Shown here: positions 11,969-21,767 of the stretch, in pieces | How the letters are laid out: every line of letters begins with the position of its first letter | Position numbering within the stretch: position 1 is the first letter of the stretch | NCBI GenBank assembly: GCA_019704295.1 | Contig: AP024596.1 | Coordinates: 384,001 to 448,000, forward strand | From: Sulfolobales archaeon HS-7 | Lineage (GTDB): Archaea; Thermoproteota; Thermoprotei_A; Sulfolobales; Sulfolobaceae | Reading direction: 5' to 3' | Length of the DNA stretch: 64,000 nucleotides | Notes under the pieces: model-generated | The model's input: the letters and a program-made list of their open reading frames with translations, nothing else | Databases searched by the model: none | Told to the model about the DNA's origin: nothing | Program-made: the position numbers and the translations under genes

Positions 11969-12575
11969 CGTAATAGTTTTGGCGGGAGGGGAATCCAGGA
12001 GATTCGGCATTCAGAAGTGCCTCTATGAAATAAGCGGAGTTCCGATGTTAGTAAGGATTTGTAGAGAATTAAATGAAGCTATAGTGGTTGGTAATGTTGA
12101 GGTAAAAGGGTACAAATGCCTTGAGGACGACTACAGTTCAGCAAAGTGCCCAATGAACGGCATAAGGACAGGGATTAAAGAGGTAAGAAAGGATAAGGTG
12201 TTCGTAACAGGATGCGATTTCCCCTACATAAAAAGGAAAGTAGCGGAGAAATTATGTGCTAAAGAAGCTGAGGCGTCATTGGTGTATTACAACGGGATTT
12301 TACAGCCGTTAATAGGATGTTATAACAGAGATGTAATATTGCGTATAAACAATTCTGAGTGTTCGCCATTATCGATTATAAGGGAAGCCAGAACAGTCTA
12401 CTTGATGGGAATAAATGAACTTCGACTCTATGATGGGCAACTTATGAGTTTAATTAACGTCAATACGTGGGACGACCTTAAGCCTGGCAATACTGAAAAC
12501 TACTGGAGCATTAGTCGATATTATGATAATGGGGAGTTAGTTAATCTACTTCCCATAAGCTTTAGAAATTATTAA
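11949..12575 (+). CDS. mobA: molybdenum cofactor nucleotidyltransferase (MobA-like)
   Basis: LAGGESRRFG..K, GCDFP, QPLIGCY, NVNTWDDL; overlaps moeA. Confidence 0.85.
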   Translation: MSDISFDVIVLAGGESRRFGIQKCLYEISGVPMLVRICRELNEAIVVGNVEVKGYKCLEDDYSSAKCPMNGIRTGIKEVRKDKVFVTGCDFPYIKRKVAEKLCAKEAEASLVYYNGILQPLIGCYNRDVILRINNSECSPLSIIREARTVYLMGINELRLYDGQLMSLINVNTWDDLKPGNTENYWSISRYYDNGELVNLLPISFRNY

Positions 12576-12994
12576 TGGTATCATTTCATGTAATTAAATA
12601 GTTGTAGAGTCGGTTTATTTCGCAGCTAACGGTTAATTTTTTGTTATATTATCACTGAGTGAAAAATTCTTGAAATACGTTCCAATTACACCTGCTTTGA
12701 TAGAGAGACAGCCGTTCACGCGCCTCTTGCGAATTGTACTAGGTAATTCACGTCTTCTTCGCTTATTTAGTTTATTTTAAAAGTCGTAACAAATTCGATA
12801 CCGGCAAAATGGGCAGCAGTTTACGCCAAGCAATTTTCTTTATTTAATCTATCAATCTCTTAAATTACAATTCGCAAAAGAACCCTGAATAACCCTCGAA
12901 TTGCACCACGGAAAGTATTTTTCAACCTTAATCGAGTAAAGTTAAAATCAGAAAAAGTCAATCTTTAATTTCGTTAGAGAGAATAATAATACCT

Positions 12995-13531
12995 ATGAAG
13001 AAGTGGGTAAGAACTTTACTATTCTCCGCCATATTTTCTGTCGCAGCCTTTGCGGTCGATGCAGGGTTTACCGTGGGGTTATCAAGTTACGCTATAAGTC
13101 CGATATTAGATCCCTTTCTCGAATTCACTATTCCTCTTATGATAATAGTTATCGGCTTTAATGTAATAAATTCCCGACCAGCCGCATTAGAAATTGCTCT
13201 AATCTCAGCCCTAGTCTATGCTGCCTCATCCCTCCTTTTCCTAGTTCCAGGTATTATAATATCCGGTGTAATAATAGAGGGTTTTTGTTTCCTTATAGGT
13301 TATAGGGGATTAAAAGCCTCATTAGCCCAAGGGGGAACGTTCGCAGTGATTAACGGTATTCTTAGCTTCGTATTTGGCGCGCTCTTCCTCGGCGCACACT
13401 CTATAATAAGGGTAACGCCGACACTAATCCTCATATTAACTCCAGCCTTTTTAGTAGAAGGAATAGTAATCGGCAGTATTTCTTGGAAAATATTTAACTA
13501 TATGATGAAATCGGGGATAATTAAATCATGA
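12995..13531 (+). CDS. membrane protein, probable ECF-type substrate-specific component
   Basis: 178 aa, about 5-6 TM; first gene of an operon with T-like and ATPase genes. Confidence 0.65.
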   Translation: MKKWVRTLLFSAIFSVAAFAVDAGFTVGLSSYAISPILDPFLEFTIPLMIIVIGFNVINSRPAALEIALISALVYAASSLLFLVPGIIISGVIIEGFCFLIGYRGLKASLAQGGTFAVINGILSFVFGALFLGAHSIIRVTPTLILILTPAFLVEGIVIGSISWKIFNYMMKSGIIKS

Positions 13532-14094
13532 GAGTGAATTTCGTCACAGGTATTTTTTTCGTTTCCGCCTTGACGGCAGCGGGAATATTGACAACTGCCG
13601 TGATCCCATTTCTGGCAACTATTCCACTTATAAGGAGAAAAATTATTATTATAGTTGAAATCGCCATAATATCAATAAGTCTGCTCATACTGTATTATAC
13701 CTCGAGATTCTATTTTTATCCGTATTCCTTTAGAGGACTTCTATACGTTAATCTCTATTTCATTGCATCAGAATACATTGATAAGGCCTCGATAGTTGAC
13801 GTGTTGGGGGAAGCGGGAGTACCTATCGCAGTTGCGTTATCGTATTATCCCTACTTGACGTCAATAGTCAGGGATGTTGTTTTTTACTCTAGAGCAAGAA
13901 AAAAGAATGTGTTCAGAGTTACACTACCAATTATAGTACAACTTGTTAAATCCGTTCAGGATATATGGATTACTTATAATCTTAAGCTATTTGGTAATTT
14001 TAGGAAGGATAAAATTAAAATCACTTCCTCTGAAATCGTTTTATTGCTATACGGGTTTGCTACATTATGCTTGTCATTTCTCCTAAAGGTTTAA
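13528..14094 (+). CDS. membrane protein, probable ECF transmembrane (T) component
   Basis: Hydrophobic; SRARK resembles the ARG coupling motif; ATGA overlap with upstream gene. Confidence 0.6.
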   Translation: MRVNFVTGIFFVSALTAAGILTTAVIPFLATIPLIRRKIIIIVEIAIISISLLILYYTSRFYFYPYSFRGLLYVNLYFIASEYIDKASIVDVLGEAGVPIAVALSYYPYLTSIVRDVVFYSRARKKNVFRVTLPIIVQLVKSVQDIWITYNLKLFGNFRKDKIKITSSEIVLLLYGFATLCLSFLLKV

Positions 14095-15179
14095 CAGGAA
14101 AGATAGAACTAGGGGAAAATGAGAGAGTCGCCCTTGTAGGGAGGTCAGGATCTGGTAAAACCCTTTCAATAAAGACCGCTCTTTGCCTGAATTCTGGGCT
14201 TTCGATGATCGATGACAAGTCGTTTTGTGAGACGCAAGACTTCTCAATTGTAAACGCAGTTTTTCAGGAACCTAACACCCAGATACTGTCAACGAGCCTT
14301 GAGGAGGAGTTAAAGCTTATCTCTAGATATCATCCCGTTGATTTGGAATTAGCTAAGCAGTTAATGGGTAAATACTTTACTAGGGATTTCTTCAAGCTGT
14401 CCGATGGATATAAGAGAAGATACGTAATCTCATCCGTTCTTTCATTTGAGCCAAAATACGTCTTGTTAGACGAACCCTTTGCTAATGTAGATCGGGAGGG
14501 AACATCGCTTATCGCTGGAATTATTCCCAGAGGTTCCCTGATCGCAGAACACAGGATTCCAGTAATCAGGGAGATCGTAGATAGAGCGTATGTAATTGAA
14601 GATGGGAGGATAGAGGAAATAAAGAAGGACAAACTCTTCGATGAGGATTTTTTGAGGAAAAATGGCTTGAGAGGATTCAAAGTGGACAAAATTGACACCG
14701 ATAAAGGTAAGGAGTTACTTAACGTGAACGTTAGGGGGATAAACTTACGGGTTAGAGAGGGAGAAATTGTATGCCTGGTTGGCAGGAACGGCTCTGGAAA
14801 AACTACTTTGATAAAATCCCTGGCAGGAAAGATATATGCAATTTTTCAAAATCCCGATCTTCAATTCTTTTACGAGACAGTCGAGAGGGAGGTTGGAGAC
14901 GATGAAACGATGAGGAAACTTGGTCTTTACAAGCTAAGGGAAAGGAGTCCATACGCTTTAAGTTACGGGGAGAAGATGAGAGTTCTCATAGCCTCTGCAC
15001 TTGCATCTAAATATAAGGTCGTAGCACTCGATGAGCCTACGGCAGGACTAGATGGTGTTAACTTAATATCCTTTGTGGAGTTGTTAGGTAGTGTGTTAAA
15101 CAGTAAACGGGGAGTAATTATCGCGACCCATGATGAAGAAATTATAAACATATGTGATAAAATAATTAACTTATCTTAA
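14067..15179 (+). CDS. ABC/ECF transporter ATP-binding protein with two NBDs
   Basis: Two Walker A (GRSGSGKT, GRNGSGKT), FQEP/FQNP Q-loops, LSDG/LSYG signatures, LDEP Walker B. Confidence 0.9.
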   Translation: MLVISPKGLTGKIELGENERVALVGRSGSGKTLSIKTALCLNSGLSMIDDKSFCETQDFSIVNAVFQEPNTQILSTSLEEELKLISRYHPVDLELAKQLMGKYFTRDFFKLSDGYKRRYVISSVLSFEPKYVLLDEPFANVDREGTSLIAGIIPRGSLIAEHRIPVIREIVDRAYVIEDGRIEEIKKDKLFDEDFLRKNGLRGFKVDKIDTDKGKELLNVNVRGINLRVREGEIVCLVGRNGSGKTTLIKSLAGKIYAIFQNPDLQFFYETVEREVGDDETMRKLGLYKLRERSPYALSYGEKMRVLIASALASKYKVVALDEPTAGLDGVNLISFVELLGSVLNSKRGVIIATHDEEIINICDKIINLS

Positions 15180-15353
15180 TTTATCCAGCCCACTTACCTA
15201 TTCATTGCGAAATTAGTTTATGTAGAAAAATAAAATGAATTTAGTTGATGCGATCGTATGGACTAGGTAGAGATTCGCATTTAACAATTCCCTTTATCTA
15301 ATACCTAATTTACCATAATTACAATTAGCAATGGAAACCTGAAATCACCGAAT

Positions 15354-15584
15354 TTATCCCCACACGTAACCACTGGACGACGAACTGGAAGTTGTCGTGG
15401 TTGATGAACTTGACGTTGTTGATGAAGTGGAAGTTGTCTGGGTAGAAGTAACGGTCTGAGGACTTACGTGGGATGCGGACATCTTCATTGCAGCCATACC
15501 CATGAATACACCGCCTATCACTATTATTAAAACACTTAAGGCGAGTAACCCGATTTTTAATTTTCCCATTTTCTTTGATGCCAT
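15354..15584 (-). CDS. small membrane-anchored Ser/Thr-rich protein
   Basis: Basic N-terminus, single TM, poly-Ser/Thr tail ending SGYVWG. Confidence 0.75.
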   Translation of the reverse strand: MASKKMGKLKIGLLALSVLIIVIGGVFMGMAAMKMSASHVSPQTVTSTQTTSTSSTTSSSSTTTTSSSSSSGYVWG

Positions 15585-15628
15585 AAATTGCGCTATTATA
15601 CTGCTTTAATAATCTTTTTCCCAAATCC

Positions 15629-16366
15629 TCATACCTCACCCCGACTTATCTCATCGGGATCGGGTTTCCTACTGATCAGCCTCCCCCCATCTATAATTAT
15701 CTCCGTTCCTGTGATGAAGGTATTCATGTCTGAGGAGAGAAATACAAGCAAATTCGCGACTTCCTCAGGTCTTCCCATTCTGCCTAAAAGGGTGGCGGAA
15801 CGCAGATCCAGGTTTTCAGGTACATCATCCCCTTTTGTGTATATAGGTCCAGGTAATACCGTAATGACCTGAATGCCGTATTGACCTAAGTCGACGGCCA
15901 TGCTTCTTGCCATTGAGATCAGTCCACCTTTCGTTACGGCGTAAGGAAGGGAACTCCTCAGAGGGGAAAAAGCCTGTATTGCTGATACGTTAATTATCTT
16001 TCCTCTGTTCCCATTCCTAATCATTGCCTCAGCTGCCGCTTTCGACAAAAACATAGGAGCCGTTAGATTTAACTCTATCATAGAGTTCCATTCCTCCTCA
16101 GAAACTTCCAATACTGAATACCTGGAGTTACGCGACGCGTTATTGATAAGGGCATCTATATTCATCTCCCTTAATTGTAAATACACTCTTCTGATTTCCT
16201 CCCTTTTAGACAAGTCTGCTACAATGTAGTCTACGCTTATCTGAGGTACGGAACGGCCTATAACTGTTACGTTAGCTCCCTCTTCTAGGGCTCTTTTAGC
16301 GAAAGCAAGACCTATTCCGTGAGTTCCGCCGGTTATTACAATATGCTTATTTCTCAGGAGGTTCAT
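15629..16366 (-). CDS. SDR family oxidoreductase
   Basis: [12 protein letters not shown], catalytic Ser and YAVTK (YxxxK), [13 protein letters not shown]. Confidence 0.93.
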   Translation of the reverse strand: MNLLRNKHIVITGGTHGIGLAFAKRALEEGANVTVIGRSVPQISVDYIVADLSKREEIRRVYLQLREMNIDALINNASRNSRYSVLEVSEEEWNSMIELNLTAPMFLSKAAAEAMIRNGNRGKIINVSAIQAFSPLRSSLPYAVTKGGLISMARSMAVDLGQYGIQVITVLPGPIYTKGDDVPENLDLRSATLLGRMGRPEEVANLLVFLSSDMNTFITGTEIIIDGGRLISRKPDPDEISRGEV

Positions 16367-17507
16367 CTTTGATATCCCCGAAGTACCTGTAATCCTTGCT
16401 GAAGTACTCCAGATGAAGCTTTCTATATGGATACTTATTTAGTGCGTCTTCATTAACGTCAAATCCGATACCCGGTTTCTTAGGTGGATATATGTAGCCG
16501 TTCCTCAGTTCAAAGTACTCCGTGAGCAGATCTTTTCTCACGCTGGGTGCATCTAACCAAAACTCCATTATTAACCCGTTAGGCATAGTAAGCATAGCAT
16601 TAAGCGTGTGAGCGGTAGCTATAGGACCGTTTGGATTATGTGGGGCAACAGATAGATATTTCGCAGAAGCCAGAGAAGCTATTTTGGAAAGAGTTCCCAA
16701 GCCTCCAACATGACAAACGTCAGGTTGAATTACATCTGCTGCTCCTGAGTTTATGAGTTCAACGAACCTATTTAACGTGACCAATCTCTCACCGGTAGCT
16801 ATAGTAATTATGGATTTTGACCTTACTACCTTCAACGAGTCTATGTCTTCCTCAGGTACAGGCTCCTCTAGCCAAAAAACGTTATATTTCCTCAACATTT
16901 CTGCAACTCGAATTGATGAAGCTATGTTAAATCTGCCATGAGCATCTACTAATATGTCGAAGTTGTCCCCTACCGCATCCCTAACTGCGGAGACCCTATC
17001 TTCAGCCCTTTTAAGTTCCTCGTCCGTAATCGTTGGCCCACTTCCTCCAAACGGATCGAATTTAGCGGCTTTAAATCCAAGTTCCTTAACTTTTTTAAAT
17101 GCCTTAACAAACTCGTCTACTTCCCTATCGCCTGATATGAAACCGTTAGCGTAGACCTTTATCCTATTACTGACCTCTCCACCTAGCATCTGGTATAAGG
17201 GGACTTGAAGTTCCTTAGCTTTTGCGTCCCATAGAGCCTGCTCCACTGCGCTTACGGCCGTCATAAGTATCGGTCCTCCTCTCCAGAAGAAGTTCTTCGT
17301 TAAGAAGTTATATGCCCAATTAGGGTTGACTTCTTTGCTGAGAAGGTGGGGCTTGAAGTCGAGAATGGCAGCCTCTACTGTGGATTCGAAATCACCCATA
17401 GTTCCCTCCCCGTACCCCTTAATACCGTTGTCCGTTGTGACTTCCACTACTACGAAGTTCCTCCAGACTGCATAGATCTTGTATACTTTTATGTCAGCGA
17501 TCTTCAT
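16347..17507 (-). CDS. mandelate racemase/enolase-superfamily sugar-acid dehydratase (DgoD/gluconate dehydratase-like)
   Basis: [37 protein letters not shown]; start moved to ATG 17507, preceded by GGTGAGG SD. Confidence 0.9.
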   Translation of the reverse strand: MKIADIKVYKIYAVWRNFVVVEVTTDNGIKGYGEGTMGDFESTVEAAILDFKPHLLSKEVNPNWAYNFLTKNFFWRGGPILMTAVSAVEQALWDAKAKELQVPLYQMLGGEVSNRIKVYANGFISGDREVDEFVKAFKKVKELGFKAAKFDPFGGSGPTITDEELKRAEDRVSAVRDAVGDNFDILVDAHGRFNIASSIRVAEMLRKYNVFWLEEPVPEEDIDSLKVVRSKSIITIATGERLVTLNRFVELINSGAADVIQPDVCHVGGLGTLSKIASLASAKYLSVAPHNPNGPIATAHTLNAMLTMPNGLIMEFWLDAPSVRKDLLTEYFELRNGYIYPPKKPGIGFDVNEDALNKYPYRKLHLEYFSKDYRYFGDIKDEPPEK

Positions 17508-17511
17508 GTCC

Positions 17512-18591
17512 TCACCTTGACGTACTAAAAGATTCATAAATTGGTTGTAAAACTACGGGAGGCAATTCGTCCTTAATACGAAAAGTCCCCCCAGTTCTCT
17601 CTGCCAAATGCTCTAAAAGAAAACTATCCTCTTCTAGGATTTCCCCTATTACGTTGAACCTACCATCAGCATTTACGTCTTTCTTGAAAATCCAGACTTG
17701 AATGTAATGAGGATTGTCATTGACTACACATACCGAACCAGAATACCTTCTCACGACGTTTCTGGGAGTTATGTTGTTTTCCCCCGCTGTAGTTAATCCT
17801 ACGGAGTTTTCCTTTATTCTAACGTCCCGAAATTCCCTTCCGAAAACCTTCTTCTCTTCCTCTGTTACGTTTGGATACACCCTTACTCGTAATCTTGTAT
17901 ACATTAAAGATGACGATACGTCCTCTAGTTCTGTTTTTGTGGGTTCTGGTTCTCCTATCCAGATCCTGTCTATTACTTTGGTGTTAATTAGGACATTCGC
18001 CGATGTTCCTATATCTAGTTCCCTTAAAGTTTCAATAGTGCTCCTTGCTCCTCCTTTTCTAACTATAAAAGCTGCTACCGAGATTCCCCTGCTGTGAAAT
18101 TCCTTCGATTTAGCTACGGCGTCCTCAAGCGATAGCCCTGTTTCCATCCAAGGGTAAAAATCATGAGATGCCATGACCAGTTCTGGATCCCTTACCTTCC
18201 TAAGAAACTCGTCAATGTGATCTACGGGAAATACACTAGCATTAAGTTCCGTTTTCAGACCTAGTTCGTTATTAGCTATTTCTACCATCTCGTCTAGGGA
18301 GAAACCCCAGTCTAGCCTCAAACCTCCCACTCCTATATCCTTAAAGACCCTTAGATTTCTTGGAGACGCGCCTAGCTGGTTGAAAACGTCAGGGCTAACG
18401 TCTACAACGTAATAAAAGCCGAGGTTATTCAACAGTTCTGCGATCTCTTTTGCCTTACCAACAGTTTCCCTTGCTATCCCTGACCAAACCTCAGTGTACC
18501 CTAGTTCTCTTGCCAATGGTAGGAGTTCCTTTTGTTTTTTTAGATAGTCGTCATTCCATAGGGTTAGTAACATACCTAACTTTTTCGTCAT
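17512..18591 (-). CDS. DUF871/MupG-family (GH170-like) TIM-barrel glycoside hydrolase
   Basis: VDVSPDVF, GLRLDWGFS, ELNAS, HDFYPWMETGLS, TIETLR and C-terminal RRYSGSV..N..FNVIGEI match DUF871 motifs; alternative GTG start at 18612. Confidence 0.8.
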   Translation of the reverse strand: MTKKLGMLLTLWNDDYLKKQKELLPLARELGYTEVWSGIARETVGKAKEIAELLNNLGFYYVVDVSPDVFNQLGASPRNLRVFKDIGVGGLRLDWGFSLDEMVEIANNELGLKTELNASVFPVDHIDEFLRKVRDPELVMASHDFYPWMETGLSLEDAVAKSKEFHSRGISVAAFIVRKGGARSTIETLRELDIGTSANVLINTKVIDRIWIGEPEPTKTELEDVSSSLMYTRLRVRVYPNVTEEEKKVFGREFRDVRIKENSVGLTTAGENNITPRNVVRRYSGSVCVVNDNPHYIQVWIFKKDVNADGRFNVIGEILEEDSFLLEHLAERTGGTFRIKDELPPVVLQPIYESFSTSR

Positions 18592-18696
18592 TGAGATAAT
18601 AGTTAAGACCACGTTTAAAAGTGTAGTACGAATTCCAAAGGGAATACAATTGTGTATGCGTTAGATATTTAACTTTCATTTATAATATAATGCACT
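18592..18696. promoter_or_regulatory. compact divergent promoter region (DUF871 operon / suyAB)
   Basis: TTTTAAAC on minus strand (18613-18620) and TATTTAA/TTTATAA on plus strand about 20-30 nt upstream of the respective ATGs. Confidence 0.55.
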
Positions 18697-18987
18697 ATGG
18701 GAAAAGGTCTCATTCACTCTAAAGACGACGACGTCTGCGTTGTTGTTGCAGACGTAAAACAGGGGGAAGAGGTTGTATGTTCTTCTATAGAAGATCCGAG
18801 GTATACTGTGGTTATAAAGGCCATTAACGATATACCTCTTGGTCATAAAATAGCTCTAAGGAAAATCGGAGAGGGTAACGACGTTAAGAAATACGGAAGA
18901 AGTATAGGTGTAGCAACAAAGGAGATTTCATTAGGCGAACACGTGCATGTCCATAACATTAAGTCGAAGAGGTGGGGAAAACGATAG
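18697..18987 (+). CDS. suyA: SAF-domain small subunit of UxaA family; sulfolactate sulfo-lyase alpha-like
   Basis: HSKDDDVCVVV, DIPLGHKIAL, KYGRSIG, GEHVHVHNIKSKRW; stand-alone SAF subunit as in SuyA. Confidence 0.75.
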   Translation: MGKGLIHSKDDDVCVVVADVKQGEEVVCSSIEDPRYTVVIKAINDIPLGHKIALRKIGEGNDVKKYGRSIGVATKEISLGEHVHVHNIKSKRWGKR

Positions 18988-20141
18988 AAATAAAGGGTTA
19001 TGTAAGGGAAGACGGTTCCGTCGGAATAAGGAATCACGTTGCTATAATCCCGCTGGATGATCTTTCAAACACTGCCGTAATGGGAGTTGCTAAACTAGTA
19101 AGGGGCACCGTACCCCTTCCTCATCATTACGGCAGACTTCAATTCGGTAAAGACCTAGATCTAATGTTCCACATTCTCGGGGGCAGTGGTGCAAATGCCA
19201 ACGTAGCAGGAGCAATAGTTATAGGAATTGAGGAGAACTGGGCAAATAAGGTAGCGGACTTAATCGCGAAAACGGGTAAACCCGTTGAGGTCTATCCCAT
19301 TGAGGGGTACGGCGACTTAAGGACAATTGAGAGAGCGTCAAGAAAGGCTAAGGAAATGGTTCAGGAGGCATCAGAAAAACAACGTACTACTGTGGATCTC
19401 TCCTCAATTGTAATGAGCATAAAGTGCGGGGAGTCAGATACAACCTCGGGTTTAGCTTCAAATCCTGCCACCGGAATAGCCGTAGATAAAGTGATAGATA
19501 ACGGAGGGACAGTCATGTTTGGAGAAACGTCGGAATTAACTGGAGCGGAGGACATAGTTGCCGAGAAGATAAGGGATGAGGAGTTGAGGAAAAAATTCAT
19601 GAAAATATATGACGAATACATCACTGAGGTAGAAAGCAAGGGGGCAGACCTCCTGGGTTCGCAGCCTACGCAGGGCAACATCAAGGGAGGACTAAGCACT
19701 ATAGAGGAAAAAGCTCTAGGTAACATTCAGAAACTTGGTCGTCGAGAGGTTAATTGCGTTCTTGATTACCTTGACGAATTACCTAGTAATAGACACGGTA
19801 CACTATGCTTTGTTAATACGTCTTCTGCAGCCGCTGAGGCGGTAACTCTATTCGCATCCAAGGGATCTGTAATTCACTTATTTACAACAGGCCAAGGTAA
19901 CATAGTAGGCCATCCATTAATACCAGTTGTCAAAATAACGGCGAATCCAAAAACGGCAAAACTAATGTCGGAGCACATTGACGTTGATCTCTCTGAGCTA
20001 CTGGAGATGAGGATATCCCTGGAAGAAGCAGGGGAGAGAGTGTTCCAGTATTCTTTAAAAACAATCAACGGTAGACTAACCGCTTCTGAAGTATTACAGC
20101 ACGATGAGTTCGTTCCAATAAAACTATACATTAGTGCATGA
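18972..20141 (+). CDS. suyB: UxaA-family hydro-lyase large subunit; sulfolactate sulfo-lyase beta-like
   Basis: GIRNHVAIIPLDDLSN, PHHYGRLQFGKDL, KCGESDTTSG, QPTQGNIKGGLSTIEEKALG, TSSAAAE, TGQGN; the first two are SuyB-type signatures as I recall them. Confidence 0.78.
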   Translation: MGKTIEIKGYVREDGSVGIRNHVAIIPLDDLSNTAVMGVAKLVRGTVPLPHHYGRLQFGKDLDLMFHILGGSGANANVAGAIVIGIEENWANKVADLIAKTGKPVEVYPIEGYGDLRTIERASRKAKEMVQEASEKQRTTVDLSSIVMSIKCGESDTTSGLASNPATGIAVDKVIDNGGTVMFGETSELTGAEDIVAEKIRDEELRKKFMKIYDEYITEVESKGADLLGSQPTQGNIKGGLSTIEEKALGNIQKLGRREVNCVLDYLDELPSNRHGTLCFVNTSSAAAEAVTLFASKGSVIHLFTTGQGNIVGHPLIPVVKITANPKTAKLMSEHIDVDLSELLEMRISLEEAGERVFQYSLKTINGRLTASEVLQHDEFVPIKLYISA

Positions 20142-21491
20142 TCACTTTAACATTAGGTTCTCATACTGCTTTACGTATTGTAAGCTTCTTTTTACGTCTG
20201 CGAAGTATTTATACGCTTCCTGAACATCTGAGGCAGTTACTGTATCCCTTCCATTCCTTTCAGCTATTATGTTACTAGGTTCAAGTATCTCAACGCTATA
20301 TCTAAGACTTTCCTCTGTTCCCACTTTGGTTAGCTCAGCTACTGCATCATCCTGAAGCTTTATACCTAGTTCCGATGCCCTTATTTTCACTATTTCCCTT
20401 ATTTCATCAGCTGTGTAAGGCCGTGTAGGTATTATCAGCATTCGATCGAGGACGTCGAGAGGAATTCCATGTGGAGATTCAATATCCGTTCCCCTTATTT
20501 TTGCCATACCTCTATTTGTAGCTAATATAATTATAGGGGAGAGTTCGGCCTCTAAGGCCTTCGTTAAGAACGAAAAGGTCTCTATGTCAAGCATATGTGC
20601 GTCGTCTATGAAAAGTATTCCTGGTATCAATTCCCCGTTACCCTTATTTACCGCTTCCTTAACTAGTCTATCGACCTCTTTCCTAACATCTTGATTTATC
20701 TCTCTCTCGGTAAAAAGAGAGAATATTGAGGTAAAGGAGATACTCTGAGCGGCAACGTTAAGATCAAGGTCGTGCAATGTAAAGGTGTTAACGATCTCCT
20801 TTTCCTTCTTTACAGGTCCGACGGGCATTTCTACAACCCTAGGTCCTCCCACCTCATATTTGGACTCAGCACTCCTCCCTATTCTAAATACGTTTCCGGT
20901 GTCTGCATCTATCCATATAACGTCGCCCTTCCTTATCCCTAATCTGACTATCTGTTCTGCAACGCCCTCTCCAGCGGTTAATCGAGATTGATCATCCTTC
21001 GTTTTTAGCACTATTTCCGCCTCACGCGGCATTTGAGCATAGGGATTCATTCTACTTCTTGCCACCTTTACCTTAACTTCATCTACAACCCCTTCGTAAA
21101 CCATCCTCTTTTGCTTAAGCCTAACACCAATTGATTTTCTAATAGCCTGTGTTAATATCTCCGTCTTCTTAAGCTCCACAGAGTAGAGTTCGGTGGCATT
21201 TATCGTGTTGAATGGTGTGTCCTCTCCAAGTTCCTTGGCAATGGCTACGGCAATCGCTGTTTTACCTGTCCCAGGTGGACCAACAAACAGAACACCCTTG
21301 CCAGCCATTTTACCCTTTCGCACTAATTCAACTACAAGTCCAGCTGCTTCCCTTGCCTCCACCTGTCCTACAAGACCGTCTGCCTTGAACTCGGCCTTTC
21401 CATTTAGTTTTAAACCCAATCCCGTTATGTGACTGTGTATGCTTGCCTTTTCCACCTCGGATGGCCTTTTAACTTCCTTGATCTCGGCCAT
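20142..21491 (-). CDS. RuvB-like AAA+ ATPase TIP49/RUVBL
   Basis: [53 protein letters not shown]; start moved to MAEIKE. Confidence 0.95.
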   Translation of the reverse strand: MAEIKEVKRPSEVEKASIHSHITGLGLKLNGKAEFKADGLVGQVEAREAAGLVVELVRKGKMAGKGVLFVGPPGTGKTAIAVAIAKELGEDTPFNTINATELYSVELKKTEILTQAIRKSIGVRLKQKRMVYEGVVDEVKVKVARSRMNPYAQMPREAEIVLKTKDDQSRLTAGEGVAEQIVRLGIRKGDVIWIDADTGNVFRIGRSAESKYEVGGPRVVEMPVGPVKKEKEIVNTFTLHDLDLNVAAQSISFTSIFSLFTEREINQDVRKEVDRLVKEAVNKGNGELIPGILFIDDAHMLDIETFSFLTKALEAELSPIIILATNRGMAKIRGTDIESPHGIPLDVLDRMLIIPTRPYTADEIREIVKIRASELGIKLQDDAVAELTKVGTEESLRYSVEILEPSNIIAERNGRDTVTASDVQEAYKYFADVKRSLQYVKQYENLMLK

Positions 21492-21767
21492 CTTGGCTCC
21501 AATTAAATTTAATGACTGAGCTTTTGAGATTATCTTAACTTCAGCATTCCCTGAATCTCTTAACAAAGGAGTTTTTACCGAGACGTCTAAAGGCGAAACG
21601 TAGCAATGCTTTTTCAGGCTTAAGAGACTATGACGTTTCAAGGAACTATAAATTAATTTATATTATATTTAAAATATTAAAAAGAAAATTGTATATCTAG
21701 TAAATAATTACAGGAAAATCTGAAAGATTTTTTTAACAACGAGAGTTAACCTTACCTTAAAGATACT

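Noticed and set aside
12600-12990. TPP or other riboswitch upstream of the ECF-like operon
   Set aside because: Only isolated CTGAG/ACCCTGAA words; order, spacing and stems do not fit.
15325-15639. 104-aa minus-strand ORF
   Set aside because: Alternate frame of the more convincing TM + Ser/Thr ORF.
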